Source: Octopus bimaculoides (taxonomy: Eukaryota). From it: DNA of 39,384 bases. The notes beneath the pieces were generated by a model. That model was not told the DNA's origin. It searched no databases and worked only from the letters and a program-made list of their open reading frames with translations. Positions 24,650 through 37,430 of the stretch are shown here, piece after piece (position 1 is the stretch's first letter; every line of letters begins with the position of its first letter). The stretch covers positions 169,576,160 to 169,615,543 of the forward strand of contig NC_068981.1 of NCBI RefSeq assembly GCF_001194135.2. Direction: 5' to 3'. The translations under genes and the position numbers were made by a program.

Positions 24650-24985
24650 GTATTTTATTTTAAAGAGTCCGGAGAAATGAAAAGCAATGTTGACATCGGT
24701 GGAGTATAAACTTCGAACGCAAATAACCGGAAGAAATATTGTCAAGTATTTTCTGACGTTCAAACGACGCTGTGTATCTATTTCCACAATAAATGTTTGT
24801 AATGTGATACAAGGTTAAAAATATCGGAGTGGTGGGTTATGGTTTAGTGGAACAAATTGACCCAACCTCTGGCTGTCACTATTTTATCCACCGTAGGTGG
24901 GTGAACGGTAAAATTGCATCCTGGAAGATTTAAACGCAGAAAGTTAAGATCAGAAGAAATACCACAAAATATTTTTTCTGATCCA
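24650..24985 (-). mobile_element. Two old tandem fragments of SINE family A (~24650-24775 and ~24845-24985)
   Basis: Reverse-complement similarity to the 32812-33030 copy across the B-box and GTCGAC...TTTCAT region. Confidence 0.55.
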
Positions 24986-25499
24986 CATGAAATTCAAACA
25001 GCACACCTATAGAATATTCGAAAAAAGCTGCTCCCATGAAAATACGAATCCATGTGTTTATAACAAATGCTTAACAGTAGAAAGTGCTAAACCATAGGAA
25101 TGTTGTATATCAGAATAACTTAGAGATTGGAAACAGTAAAATATTTAAAATCCATTGTTTATACGCAGAAGGATGGACCAAACCAAATGCCCATTCTCGG
25201 AGAGTACTATCAACTATAAAATAAATACAACTCTAAATAAATGCAAACTTTGCCATTTTACAGGTCATGAAAACAGTTACGAATATCTATATCACCAGGA
25301 CAAACTAAATAATCTATGCAGCAGCCACAGTATTTCATGAAAATCTCTCCCTTAGAGGAATATATTAATGCAAAGATACACGTGAAAGAGAAACATAAAA
25401 TGAAAGAGAGAAATAAAATAAAAAAGTACAGAATCTTTAATAAAATCACCTTCGAAGCGACAGAAATGTAAAAACTGAAAGTGAGACAAATATTACAGA

Positions 25500-26780
25500 C
25501 ATACAACATAAGTTGAAATAAATGATAAAAAAAAATCTCCAGAATTTTCTGATATCAAAAGAAGCTTAAAACAAGAGATACCACTGAATCGAAGAAAAAA
25601 GAAACCCCAAAATATCTATAACATCATTTTGAACTAGTCAAACATTTCGCTTCTAACAAAAATGATATTACTAAGAACTAAAGAAATTCAAAACACAAGA
25701 CAACGCAGCACAGATAACAAGGGGAAAATATTTGGAGAGTTGCTGGGTAAAGATTTAAGTCAAATAACAGATCAACACTAACAAGAATATTCGAAAAAAA
25801 CCCATGCAATATCAGAGTAAACATAGGAAGAATTTAGCAGCCTAAACCGAATCCAAGAGAGGGAAAAAATTGTAAAGAATCCGGAAATTATCCCATTTCA
25901 AAATTCTAGCTAAAGGCACGCACATAGGGCTTACAAAAATACTGAGTGAGTTACGAAAAGAGCCAAAACAAAAAATGAATAAAATATCAGAAGGAACATC
26001 CGGACAACTCACTGAAAAACAATTTTAATCCTAAAGACTTACAAAACAGTAAACCGCAAAATCTACAGACCGATAACACGATTCGTGGTATTATACAAAA
26101 GCATGGTTTCCATATTAGCCAAATAATAAATGTTGGCAATAAATAATGATAAAACGAATCATTCATATACATTTCCAGATGAACAGAGTATATGTTAAAG
26201 ATACGTAGTTAGAAAGATCTATTAGTGATAAAAGATTCATGCATACTTGAAAATTAGCTAGTTTTCAACAAAGCCCCAAAACTCTCTTTCAGTAACGTTT
26301 CAACCAGTCATTAATATATTCACGCAAATATTTAAAGAAGATTAAAAGTTGAAAGGTATAGTTATTTTACCTGTTCCAATTATAGTCTATAATTTTATTT
26401 TATTTGACAAGACGATAAGAAAACAAGAAAAATAACATTTAAATGAGCCAACCAAAATCTGACAAAAATTTACATTTTCCAAAAAATGCAAAGAACGATG
26501 GATCTTCCGTAACAAAGACATTAACATAAAAGACTATAAAGTAAAAATGTGTACATATAACCCTAGTAGAGACTAAATGGATTGTAATACAAACGCATAA
26601 AACCTAACACGAAAAAGTGTTTCCCGTTTTCAGAGGCAACAACTATTCAACAGATGTGGGCATCATGATAAATTTTGGGGAGTGTGAAGAAACAACATCA
26701 GAAGCTATTGAATATTTAAAAGTAAGTTACAGCTTTGACTAAAACACGCATAAACAAGGCATTAGTAAGGACGCTATATT
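25500..26780 (+). mobile_element. Decayed Penelope-like reverse transcriptase
   Basis: Ordered remnants (P)KIYRP.NTIRGII (~PKIHKP..PLRPII), YVKDT, SFSNV, ILFDK...KQ, NLTKIYI and INFGECEE....IEYLKV (~IKFT.E.E....FLDV). A hammerhead follows at 26941. Confidence 0.5.
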
Positions 26781-26863
26781 TCTATCTATCTATTTATCTA
26801 TCTATTTAATTATCTGTAGTTTTGTACATATGTATACATGTGACCCACTCGCACGAACATGGA

Positions 26864-26903
<40 letters not shown>

Positions 26904-26940
26904 TACACACACATATATATATGTTAAAGTCTGTCATACC

Positions 26941-26980
26941 GGCCATGACGAAGGGAAATAGCCCTGAAACTCGAGTCGCC
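26941..26980 (+). ncRNA. Minimal hammerhead motif with a 1-nt insertion in the core
   Basis: Stem I GGC/GCC; core C[A]TGACGA; stem II AGGG-AAATAG-CCCT; GAAA; palindromic stem III ACTCGAGT; GUC triplet (26975-26977). Confidence 0.7.
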
Positions 26981-27338
26981 TTTATATATTTATATTTATA
27001 TTTATATATTTGATCCTTTATATTGAACACTGAATATTTCATCTACATTCAATACTTTATTTCATGGTGCCATCCATTTTTATTCTATTTTATTTTATAT
27101 TATATATTGTATATTATATTATATATTGTATATTCCATATTCTATACCCCACATTGGTTCTACAGGAATANNNNNNNNNNNNNNNNNNNNNNNNNNNNNN
27201 NNNNNNNNNNNNNNNNNNNNNNNNNNNNNNNNNNNNNNNNNNNNNNNNNNNNNNNNNNNNNNNNNNNNNNNNNNNNNNNNNNNNNNNNNNNNNNNNNNNN
27301 NNNNNNNNNNNNNNNNNNNNNNNNNNNNNNNNNNNNNN

Positions 27339-27371
<33 letters not shown>

Positions 27372-27429
27372 GAGAGAGAGATATATATATAGATATATAT
27401 GTTGCATATATGTATACATACTATATTTG

Positions 27430-28153
27430 ACAAGCAGAAGCCGAAAGAGAGATATTTTGGTTGTGTCTGCGGAATGTATGACTCAAAGATGAAATATACG
27501 GATTTATGTTTGAAGCACAAGTCCTTGTCTTCTCCATCATAAGCAACTAAATACACAAGGAAGCCTGCCATATTGTTTCTGGCAGGTTGCCCAGCTCAAG
27601 GAAGATGTTGACACTTCTATATACCAGTAATATGAAAAACAAGCAAATTGAATATAATGTACAAATGTACTTCATAAAATGTTCCAGGGAAAGATCATGT
27701 GACCATACTTAGGAATAAGCTGATCTAGACAGTCAAGTAGATTAAGATAAACCATCCAGATACGATTTCCAAAAGCCATTAGGAAAAGAGATGTTTCCTA
27801 ATTGGTGTGTCAACTTAAAAGGAGGGTAACATATATTCAGAATAAATAGAGCAGTTTTCCAATTAAAAGTCATATCCAGGAACAATAAACATCATAATAC
27901 GTGCCTGCGGAATGGCAACGAAGAAAAAAAAGCACATAAAAAGGTATCCGGCCACATTCACCTACGTAAGCAACTTGTAGAAAATAGCACTTCTAAGTTA
28001 TTGAACAGATATTATAGAACATTGTTGTGTTTCACTAGAGAAGATAAAATACACAACTAAACGCAGCACGTATCAATGGCAAACAGAGCATTTTTGGTCT
28101 GTGAGGTGAAAGCACGCAAACGCCATTAATACTACTGAAACAACATTACTGGC

Positions 28154-28154
<1 letters not shown>
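27430..28154 (+). mobile_element. Decayed R4/Dong-type RLE LINE, 3' part, ending in (TAA)n
   Basis: EIYGFMFEAQ (~ETEGFI.AAQ), HIVSG, INHPDT (~NRPD), KRCFLIGVS, NIIIRACGM (~PIIIGALG) and L*KIALL (~LQK.ALLG). (TAA)n starts at 28155. Confidence 0.7.
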
Positions 28155-28214
<60 letters not shown>

Positions 28215-28256
28215 CAACAACAACAACAATAATAATAACAATAATAATAATAATAA
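28155..28256 (+). repeat. (TAA)n/(CAA)n microsatellite
   Basis: Read directly from the sequence. Confidence 0.95.
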
Positions 28257-28673
28257 TTTTTTCTCGTTATTCTATTATTTTTTCATTGGCAAGTGATTTG
28301 ATCTCTATAAAGTGTCGAGAGTAAAATCATTTCATTGCGGTAAAGCTATAATAGCCATTAGAACGACACATAATGGTATGTTTCATATAGTGTTATTATT
28401 TTGTCATAATANNNNNNNNNNNNNNNNNNNNNNNNNNNNNNNNNNNNNNNNNNNNNNNNNNNNNNNNNNNNNNNNNNNNNNNNNNNNNNNNNNNNNNNNN
28501 NNNNNNNNNNNNNNNNNNNNNNNNNNNNNNNNNNNNNNNNNNNNNNNNNNNNNNNNNNNNNNNNNNNNNNNNNNNNNNNNNNNNNNNNNNNNNNNNNNNN
28601 NNNNNNNNNNNNNNNNNNNNNNNNNNNNNNNNNATATATATATATATATATATATATACACATTTATATATAC

Positions 28674-28704
<31 letters not shown>

Positions 28705-28742
28705 AATATATATATAATTACGTATCATTACTATTATTGTTC

Positions 28743-28975
28743 TGTGGAGTGGTGGACTAGCAGAATGGTTAACGCGTCGAACACGATGGCTTGCAGTATT
28801 CGAATACGATTGTTATTTGCTCTTATTTTAAATCTCGTCGGGGTCACATTGACCTTTCTTCTTTTTTGCGAACAAGAAATATAAACTACAAATTGAGCGC
28901 TGGGGAATATATTTAATGGTTTAACCCAACATTCGCACCAATTTTTGGACTTTTGCCTGTCTTAAAAATAATTAT
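28743..28975 (+). mobile_element. Old copy of SINE family A
   Basis: Head CTAGCAGAATGGTTAACG plus degenerate body and tail, colinear with 32812-33030. Confidence 0.55.
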
Positions 28976-29371
28976 TATCATAACATAAGGCAATGCTTTG
29001 GTGGTAGAAATACGAAAGCCTGGAAAATATGTTGCGGAATTTAAGTGCAGCTCCCTTAATTTCTCTCTCTTTCACTCTCTCTTATGTACTTATACACACA
29101 CTCATATACGTATGCATACACACACTCATACATACATGCATACATACATACATACATGCAAACAGAAAGACAGACATAGATTGCTCGATAAATACGTAGA
29201 GGTACACAGATGCAACCACGCGTATGTAGGTATATGCACTTTTAAATCGCAATTGGTGAGAAATGAAATGACCAGATTCTATAAAATAATGTACCAGTCA
29301 AATACTTGCTAAATACATTGGACTGTGCCCCTCCTGTCAAATCTTAGATCCTCTCCATATCTGGCAGATTA

Positions 29372-29510
29372 AGGGAGATGATCTGATAGAATCGCTAGAG
29401 CGTAGGAAAAGTTGCTTTGTGGCATGGTCCGGCTCTTTGCTTCTGATTTCATATCCTACCGAAGTCGACTTTAATTTTCATATTTTGGGATCAATCAATA
29501 AATTACCAGT
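29372..29510 (+). mobile_element. Old copy of SINE family A
   Basis: GATAGAATCGCTAGAGCG...CCGAAGTCGACTTT...TTTCAT...ATTACCAGT, colinear with the family. Confidence 0.6.
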
Positions 29511-30109
29511 ATATAATTTTTTTTTCTGTAAATTCTGCTAGTGTTACTATTTGTTATTTTGTTATCATAAAATATATGATGTTGCATGTGTATCATTATT
29601 TGTATAGAAAAAAAGTTGATAAAGAGAATATTAGAGCATTGATTATTAGCGATATCTAATCTTGCTTTTAAAACGTTGTAGAGATAAGTTTTAAAAGCAA
29701 GATCAGGTAAATCACTGATCCATTGGTTTACATTTCTAACACAGAAAGTAATACACGTTATATACGGTGACTTTATTTATAATTGGTGTAAGCGCTCGTC
29801 GAACTTTAATATTGTATTTGTGTACATTTGCATGTGTGGATTTGAATATTTATTGTAAATTAGTATTTACTATATTCTGTAGATTATTTTATCAAGACCT
29901 TCCTTTGTGAAGAAGAATCTAAATGCTTTTCTAAGCAGGGAATTTATCACTCATATTTACCGTCTCAATGTATGTGTAAGTGTGTATTTTCCTTTTTGAC
30001 AAAGATGGCTGTGATGCATTTCTTATTCTGGATTTGAATTATGCGTAGAAGTTGATTTTTGTATTGACAGAAATTTTTAATTGTCTTGTTCTGTTCATCT
30101 TTAATTTCT

Positions 30110-30720
30110 CAATGGATATTCAAAGACATTAGTAAACTAGATAGAACAAAGCAATCACAATTACATCGTTATAAAACACCAGCCATTGCACCTATTAAAA
30201 TAAACAATGTAACCGTTATATATATATTACATGAATCGCATGCAAATTAATTATAGCATAGATGAGCACATTATAAACAGACCCTCATAAAACAGAACAT
30301 TAAATGCACCGTAACAATCAATAATCTAACTCTAATAATATACTACGAAACAATAAAATAACATTAAAAGCCTGCTCATCAATAGGAAACTACAAACCTG
30401 TGAGCCCACATACAAGCGAACAATCCAATAATGATCAATGTAATTTACAAATTTGATTGCAAACATGAAATTTATAAGTTTCACGGTTCCAACATTTATA
30501 TTGGCCATAAAATCTTGACATTCGCCTACAGGCTCACCATGCACTCAAGAGAAAGGCCAGTTGCATCGTATTACATTTTGCAGTACAAAAGTAAAATAAA
30601 TAGGCAAGCGTGAATAAAGAACATATGTATCGTTTACAGATTTCTTGCACAAACATAGCCGAGCAACATTCGGAAGAAAGCAAAATATGGATATATATAC
30701 ACACATAAAAAGGCACTAAT
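30110..30720 (+). mobile_element. Penelope-like element 3' part: linker plus GIY-YIG endonuclease remnant (possibly Naiad-like)
   Basis: YYMNRMQINYSIDEH, NIKC....LTLIIYYE, SLLIN, then NVIYKFDC.....NIYIGH..LTFAYRLTMH (track ORF 30431-30613) and YRLQI. Confidence 0.7.
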
Positions 30721-31924
30721 CATAAAAATAAATACTCTCCCTCACTAAATTTAAAATTCGGCATTATCATTCATAGCAATCAGATTAGACCTGCCTACTA
30801 TCAAAGGTAACAACTGAAACCTAGTGAACCAGAATTATTTTTCAATCTTGTAAAAATCCGATGGCCCAAATACTGCTCGTTTTCGAATGGTGAATTAATC
30901 ATCCAGCCTCTCGTAGGTAAGAATAGTTATATATTTTAATGGGTCTGGAATACGGAAACCTGTACAACAAAATTATTTAAGTACGTGTAACAAGTTTTAA
31001 CAAAGTGATTTAAAGTAATTATCATGTATGTGTGCGTGTACATATATAAATATGCATATATATATATATATATANNNNNNNNNNNNNNNNNNNNNNNNNN
31101 NNNNNNNNNNNNNNNNNNNNNNNNNNNNNNNNNNNNNNNNNNNNNNNNNNNNNNNNNNNNNNNNNNNNNNNNNNNNNNNNNNNNNNNNNNNNNNNNNNNN
31201 NNNNNNNNNNNNNNNNNNNNNNNNNNNNNNNNNNNNNNNNNNNNNNNNNNNNNNNNNNNNNNNNNNNNNNNNNNNNNNNNNNNNNNNNNNNNNNNNNNNN
31301 NNNNNNNNNNNNNNNNNNNNNNNNNNNNNNNNNNNNNNNNNNNNNNNNNNNNNNNNNNNNNNNNNNNNNNNNNNNNNNNNNNNNNNNNNNNNNNNNNNNN
31401 NNNNNNNNNNNNNNNNNNNNNNNNNNNNNNNNNNNNNNNNNNNNNNNNNNNTAATACACAGAGGGTTCCAGTCAAAAAATGAGCAGTCTCAATCACGCTC
31501 CAGCTACCGACCCTGAGACATGATTTCCCTCCGCTCTATGACCCTTCTATCGTACTATTATCTCCTTTTTTTCGGACATGGCTTTCTCGCAGCTCTAGTA
31601 CATATGTTTACATATAAGAAGGTCCGACTTACACAGAACAGTAATGATAGCAAGAATCAAAGTGGTTAACTCTTATTCAACCCCTTTAATTTCTTATATC
31701 ATTTCTATTCAGTGTATGTAGGACCTTTAACATATGTCCCTTTTTTTTGTATTAAATATAATTAATATATTTTGTATATCGACTGACCTCACTTACTTAT
31801 CCTTACATTTACTCCTCTATCTGCTTCAGTTTGAATCTCTTGAGCACTACGAAGTGTATTGTATACGGAAAATAGGTCTCTTTATTCAGTGTACTTTTCC
31901 CGCTTTCAACTTATATGTATATAC

Positions 31925-32047
31925 TACTACCACCACCACCACCATCACCAAAACTACCACCATCACCACCACCACCACAAACACAATCGTGACCGCCACT
32001 TCCACCGCCACCAACACAAAAACCACTACTAACGCCGCCGCTCCCTC

Positions 32048-32115
<68 letters not shown>

Positions 32116-32420
32116 GCTACAGTCACTTCCACAACGATTCCTATCTTCAAGACCGTCACACTCAAATACTTCAACCGTCTTTCCTAGCATAAGTACACTG
32201 AATGACTATCGCCATCACTATCAGCATCGATTCCACCACCACCACCACCACAACCACATCCACAGCCACGACCACTGCCACCACTACCACCTCTACAAAA
32301 GGCACAAAAGTAACTTTAATGGAAAATAAAACAACGAGCGTTTTACCCACCAACTCCAAAACCACCACCACCAGTTGAACAATAACAACGACCACCATCA
32401 TAGGTTCATCATCACACCAC
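31925..32420. repeat. Decayed (ACC)n/(ACT)n trinucleotide region with a pure (TAC)n core at ~32057-32114
   Basis: Read directly from the sequence. Confidence 0.9.
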
Positions 32421-32811
32421 TGCCATTCATTCGTATATATAAAACCAAAGAAGGTATTATTGTGTATGGGAAGATATGCTATTAATATAACATCATTAGC
32501 TTCACAAATCATTCGCAAACATGCTCTTATAGCCTCAGGACACTAGAGGGAGTTTTACACTAGATTCAAGAAATGTGTTGGTATTTAAGCCGCTGCACTC
32601 TACGCAACAACCGTGATTACTATCGAGTAGTAAATATTGTCGGAATTACTCTCTAGCTGTCTTCATTTTTAGCTGCTGATTATTAGTAAAAAGGGGCGAG
32701 GATGCTAGAACAGTTGTTGTTGATGTTGCTGATGTTTATGTGTTATGATTTTTAATGACGAAGTCGACGGCGATGCTTATTATGATGACGATTACTATTA
32801 TCATCCTTATT

Positions 32812-33030
32812 AAGGCAGCGAGGAGGCTGAATTGTTAGCACGCTGGATCAAATGCTCAGTGGTATTTCAACAGTCGCTACGTTCTGTGTTCAAATTCCAC
32901 CGAGGTCGACTTTACATTTCATTCTGTAGGAGTCGATAAATCAAGTATTAGTTGGGTACTGGGGTCGATGAAATCGACGTAACCCCTACCCCCACTAAAA
33001 TTTCAGGCATTGTGCCAATAGTAGAACGCA
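32812..33030 (+). mobile_element. Full-length tRNA-derived SINE, family A
   Basis: A-box-like GGCTGAATTGTT, B-box GTGTTCAAATTCC, body CGAGGTCGACTTT...GGGGTCGAT and tail AATTTCAGGCATTGTGCC..AGTAGAA. The same layout recurs at 37199-37416. Confidence 0.85.
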
Positions 33031-33319
33031 TGTTTTAGCTTAAATGTCTTCTGTAACTGTTTTGTTTAGATTCTTTGGTCTTGTATAATATTTGTATTCC
33101 TGTTATATTTGTGTGTGTGTGTGTGTGTGTACAAGAAGATATTCGTTATAGGTTCCCAATGGACTAATAACTGGTTCACTACATGTGCACTTGTGAGAGT
33201 GAGAAGTGAGTGACACGAGATATTTTTTTTTTATTTGAAGGTAAGGAGCTTCCTAAGTTTCCTCCAAAATATGAACGTTTCGCGCATATGCATGCGAGAA
33301 AAGGCAACACAGAACGTTC

Positions 33320-33406
33320 TTTCTTTCTTTCCTTCTTTCTTTGCTTCTTCCTTTCTTTCCTTCCATCTTCCCTTCTTTCCCTCCTTTCCTTCTTTCTTTT
33401 CTTCTT

Positions 33407-33474
<68 letters not shown>

Positions 33475-33873
33475 TCATTTTTCTTTCTTTCTCTCNNNNN
33501 NNNNNNNNNNNNNNNNNNNNNNNNNNNNNNNNNNNNNNNNNNNNNNNNNNNNNNNNNNNNNNNNNNNNNNNNNNNNNNNNNNNNNNNNNNNNNNNNNNNN
33601 NNNNNNNNNNNNNNNNNNNNNNNNNNNNNNNNNNNNNNNNNNNNNNNNNNNNNNNNNNNNNNNNNNNNNNNNNNNNNNNNNNNNNNNNNNNNNNNNNNNN
33701 NNNNNNNNNNNNNNNNNNNNNNNNNNNNNNNNNNNNNNNNNNNNNNNNNNNNNNNNNNNNNNNNNNNNNNNNNNNNNNNNNNNNNNNNNNNNNNNNNNNN
33801 NNNNNNNNNNNNNNNNNNNNNNNNNNNNNNNNNNNNNNNNNNNNNNNNNNNNNNNNNNNNNNNNNNNNNNNNN

Positions 33874-33934
<61 letters not shown>
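33320..33934. repeat. (CTTT)n/(CT)n polypyrimidine tract and (CA)n on either side of a gap
   Basis: Read directly from the sequence. Confidence 0.93.
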
Positions 33935-33938
<4 letters not shown>

Positions 33939-34295
33939 TATGCATATATGTGCGTGCATCCATGTGCATGTAGCGGTGTATGTTAGTAATATTAATATAC
34001 GAGTTGCTAAATGTTGCAGCTATTGCTCTCCACTTACGTATCGTTATCATAACAGTAAGCGACAGTCAAAATAATACTATGTTATATAACGACATATGAA
34101 GATCTGGTATTATCCGGATGTGAAATCTTTTAAATGACAGCCACCAATAAGTTTCGATGTTATCATTACCAGTAATTTTATTTTTCATTTGCTGAGTATT
34201 TGTTATAGCAATCTAAAACTGCAGACACCAAGAGAAGACATGACATTTCAATTATTACTGTGTTGTTTTCAACTTTGCGGAGATTCATTTCAAAA

Positions 34296-34868
34296 TTAGG
34301 TTTTGGAAATATTTTATTTGCCTTACGTAATCAGTTTCGTTTGTTGCAAATGGAAAATTCATTTCAAAGTCATGATGTTTCGATTTCAATCCTATAGTTC
34401 GGCAGCTCGTAAATCATTTTTTCTTCTTACGTGGCATCAGGTTGCGCAATACATGGAATGGATGCTTTTGAATCTTCTTCAGATTTGAAGTTTTTTTTTC
34501 ATTGAAAAACGTTGTTTAATGCCTGGGAAACGTGATAGTCAGTTGGTGCAAGGTCTGGTGAATTTGGTGGATGACAGAATATTTCCAAGTTCAGATTCGA
34601 GCTGTCTGGGATGCATTGTTTCCACGACGGAACTCATATTCGTAAACAGCACGAATTTTTTTTTTTTTAATCTATCCATGAGTTCACACGAATTGATTTA
34701 CAAGAGAAATCTCACAATATAATCAGACACCATGAATTGCATTTCGAAAGGTGATGATGTAACTCTTCAATGTTGTAAAATATAGAATCGTCAGGATAAA
34801 ACATTAGAGTTAACGACCATCAAACTTGGTGCATATGAAAATCGGACATTTCATTCTTAATAACCTAA
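34296..34868 (-). mobile_element. Internally deleted mariner (~570 bp)
   Basis: N-terminal MDR..KKIRAVYEYEFRRGNNASQTAR is joined directly to C-terminal LEIFCHPPNSPDLAPTDYH...NFKSEED. Right terminus TTAGGTTATTAAGAATGAAATGTCC plus TA (34869-34870); left terminus degenerate. Confidence 0.8.
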
Positions 34869-35484
34869 TATATTCTCGATGCAAAAAAACTGTCGATTGA
34901 GGCTACATGAAATTTTTAAGCGCTTTTTTTTTTAAGGATTTGTTTGTATATTCTGTCTTTGTAAAGAATGGTCATACGGAAATGAAGTGGTCAATCATCA
35001 TCTTTTGCTGATGAATAATTAAACACGCTAACATAACCTACTGACTGTGTTTAGTTGATTTACGCCTCTTGTTTTATCATTATACTTTGGTGGGTCTCTT
35101 ATGAATAGCCACTGATGACGTGTAGTTAACATTTGACGTTCTGTTTTAATGTATCGTCCAACCTCATATTTCACATTGGCTTATTTTGTCCATTCTTTCA
35201 AACGGCCGCTTATTGGAAGAATCACCAGACTTTTACTTGATTTTTATCTATTTTGAATTTCGCTTTAATTTTATCACCTTTTGGTTTTCATAAATTTCCA
35301 TTTGTTTTCTTTTTCTATTCCCTTAGTACCATTCCAATTTTCACTGTATTTCATTTCTTCCTTACACAGGGTTTACCTGTATCTAAATAACAGTGACACT
35401 ACGAGATTTAGATAAAATTTTGTGGGAGTCACACTCAGTTAATAAGCAATGAGGTTAATACACATATTCTTTCACTAATTTATT

Positions 35485-35772
35485 TGTTCTTGTAAGCCTG
35501 ATGCTTATTCTATCGATCTTTTTTGCTGAACTTGGAAGTTACGGGGACATAAACATACCAACATCGGTTGTCAGATGGTGGAGGGACAAACTTAGTGACA
35601 TACACACATAAATATATACATACGTAAAGAACGGGCTTTGGTCAGCCCGAGGCTATAGTAGCCCGAGGCTATAGTAGCAGATACTTTCCCAAGGTACCAT
35701 GCAGTGGGACTGAACCCGGAACCATATGGTTGGGAAGCAAACTTCTTACGACATAGCCAAGACTGCGCCTAT
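35485..35772 (-). mobile_element. tRNA-headed SINE family B (CORE-like motif CCTTGGGAAAG) with an internal 16-bp tandem duplication
   Basis: Minus strand: A-box TGGCTATGTCG, B-box GGTTCAGTCCC. CCCGAGGCTATAGTAG occurs twice at ~35646-35677. Confidence 0.85.
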
Positions 35773-36317
35773 GTACACTTTTATTTCTTACACACAAGGA
35801 TAATTTATCCACACACACGCACACACAAACACACACACACACACACACACACACGCGCGCGCACGCACATTCACACACATACACAAAGGCACAATGATGC
35901 ACGTTTATATGAAAGACAACTACCGGTATTAAACCAGCGCAAGCAATGTTACCAATAGAAGCAACATAAGTCATAAGCAATGTTACCAAAGAAAGCCACG
36001 TAATTGCTAAACATGAACAACTTCTATAAATATTTTAATTGAGCTTTGCATTAATCTATAAGTCTTAATCATAAATTGCATGTCTCGCACTCTTGTAGGT
36101 TGGTACGTATTTTCCGATGAAAACATTTACCTAACTTTTGGCAGTTTAATAATGAGAGATCAAATCGGGAATATGTTATGACAAATATGCTACAGGTAAA
36201 TAACTCCACCTACCCATGATATTATTTTTTAATGGGTTCTTTGATCTCTTCAGATAACATTTATTCAACAGGTTTGCGGCGAAACATTTTGTGTTTTATT
36301 AATTAAACATGGTGGAT

Positions 36318-36460
36318 GTAATTGTTAACGCATCGGAAAAATACTTAGGCTTGTTACGTCATTATTTCAAAATAATCGGAGCCGACTTTGCCTTTCTTCA
36401 GTTACGAATCGATAAAACAGAATACCAGTCATGAACTGTCTTCGATTCGATCGACTATCT
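36318..36460 (+). mobile_element. Old copy of SINE family A
   Basis: GCCGACTTTGCCTTTC...TCGATAAA...TACCAGT, colinear with the family. Confidence 0.6.
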
Positions 36461-36719
36461 CATTCATTCAAATTTTTGACAATAACATTACTTTAGAAAA
36501 AAACTTACTAATTCTTGGTTATCAATCAATAATATAGCCAAAATGTTCCAATGTTTCAAGTAGCTTAACGTATAAAAATGTTTTCAGTTCCTATGAAAAC
36601 AGCTTTATCATTGTTCAGAGAATTTAAATTTATTGCCATATTAAAGCAATGTATAGCAAGTGCAATAATCTTTTAAGAATTGATGGCCTCTCCTCATAAT
36701 TACTGGTCATCTGCCAAAA

Positions 36720-36786
<67 letters not shown>

Positions 36787-36805
36787 CATTATTATTATTA
36801 TTATT

Positions 36806-37129
36806 GCCTTTCCACAGCTTCTAACGCTGGAGATGTACTACAGTGTCAGCTGTTCACTACCAGTGAACTAAGTTAACACCTCTTATTCTTCGAGCACTTT
36901 CCGGAGTATTCGAGCGGTTCCAAGCAGTGCTGTTTTCTGCAAGTGCTTCACCCTTATTGCAGCCCTTATTTGTTCCACGTACTTCTCGAGATTTTTGATC
37001 ACTGTCCCCAGGGCTCCGACAATTATTAGTACTACTGCTACATTTTTCATCGACCATAACTGCTTAACTTCCCAAGCTAACTTGTCATAACTCTCTTTCT
37101 CATTTCTTTCTTCTTTATCGCATACCTTG

Positions 37130-37130
<1 letters not shown>
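36806..37130 (-). mobile_element. 5'-truncated R4/Dong-type RLE LINE embedded in (TAA)n
   Basis: Open frame EKESYDKLAWEVKQLWSMKNVAVVLIIVGALGTVIKNLEKYVEQI...LQKTALLGTARILRKVLEE* plus 3'UTR. (TTA)n on both sides (36722-36805, 37131-37198). Confidence 0.88.
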
Positions 37131-37198
<68 letters not shown>

Positions 37199-37416
37199 GA
37201 TGGCAGAATCGTTAGCACGTCAAACAAAATGTTTAGCAGTATTTCTTTTGGGTTTATGCTCTGTGTTCAAGTTCCGCGGAGAGCGACTTTGCCTTTCATC
37301 CATTCGGAGTTGATGAAATAAGTACCAGTCGTGCACTGAAGACGATGTAATCGGTTAATAGTATAGCTCCCTCCCCCACCCCAAATATTGAGGCTTGTGC
37401 CTACAGGAGAAACAAT
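37199..37416 (+). mobile_element. tRNA-derived SINE family A copy
   Basis: TGGCAGAATCGTTAGCACG A-box, GTGTTCAAGTTCC B-box, family body and tail. Confidence 0.85.
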
Positions 37417-37430
37417 GTTATTATTGTTAT

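Larger units (their letters stand above)
3178..33873. other. Eleven assembly gaps: 3178-3785, 4783-4910, 6358-6480, 7078-7099, 14476-14625, 18598-18607, 18846-19816, 27171-27338, 28412-28633, 31075-31451, 33496-33873
   Basis: N runs. Most are flanked by (AT)n, (AG)n, (CT)n or (CA)n tracts, typical of short-read contig breaks. Confidence 0.98.

Noticed and set aside
31734-32518. Thr-rich mucin-like ORFs
   Set aside because: Explained by decayed (ACC)n/(ACT)n repeats; the frame switches and there are no splice signals.
3081-33986. Long track ORFs spanning N runs or made of IY/HT/CV/ER/SF repeats
   Set aside because: Artefacts of stop-free N runs and microsatellites.
35700-35772. tRNA gene at the SINE heads
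   Set aside because: A/B boxes are present but there is no cloverleaf, and they continue into repeated SINE bodies.
30783-36196. Isolated strong donors (TAG|GTAAGA ~30918, AAG|GTAAGG 33241, CAG|GTAAAT ~36197) as host exon ends
   Set aside because: Upstream frames contain stops or are too short to identify (e.g. FNNERSNREYVMTNMLQ); unsupported without RNA data.
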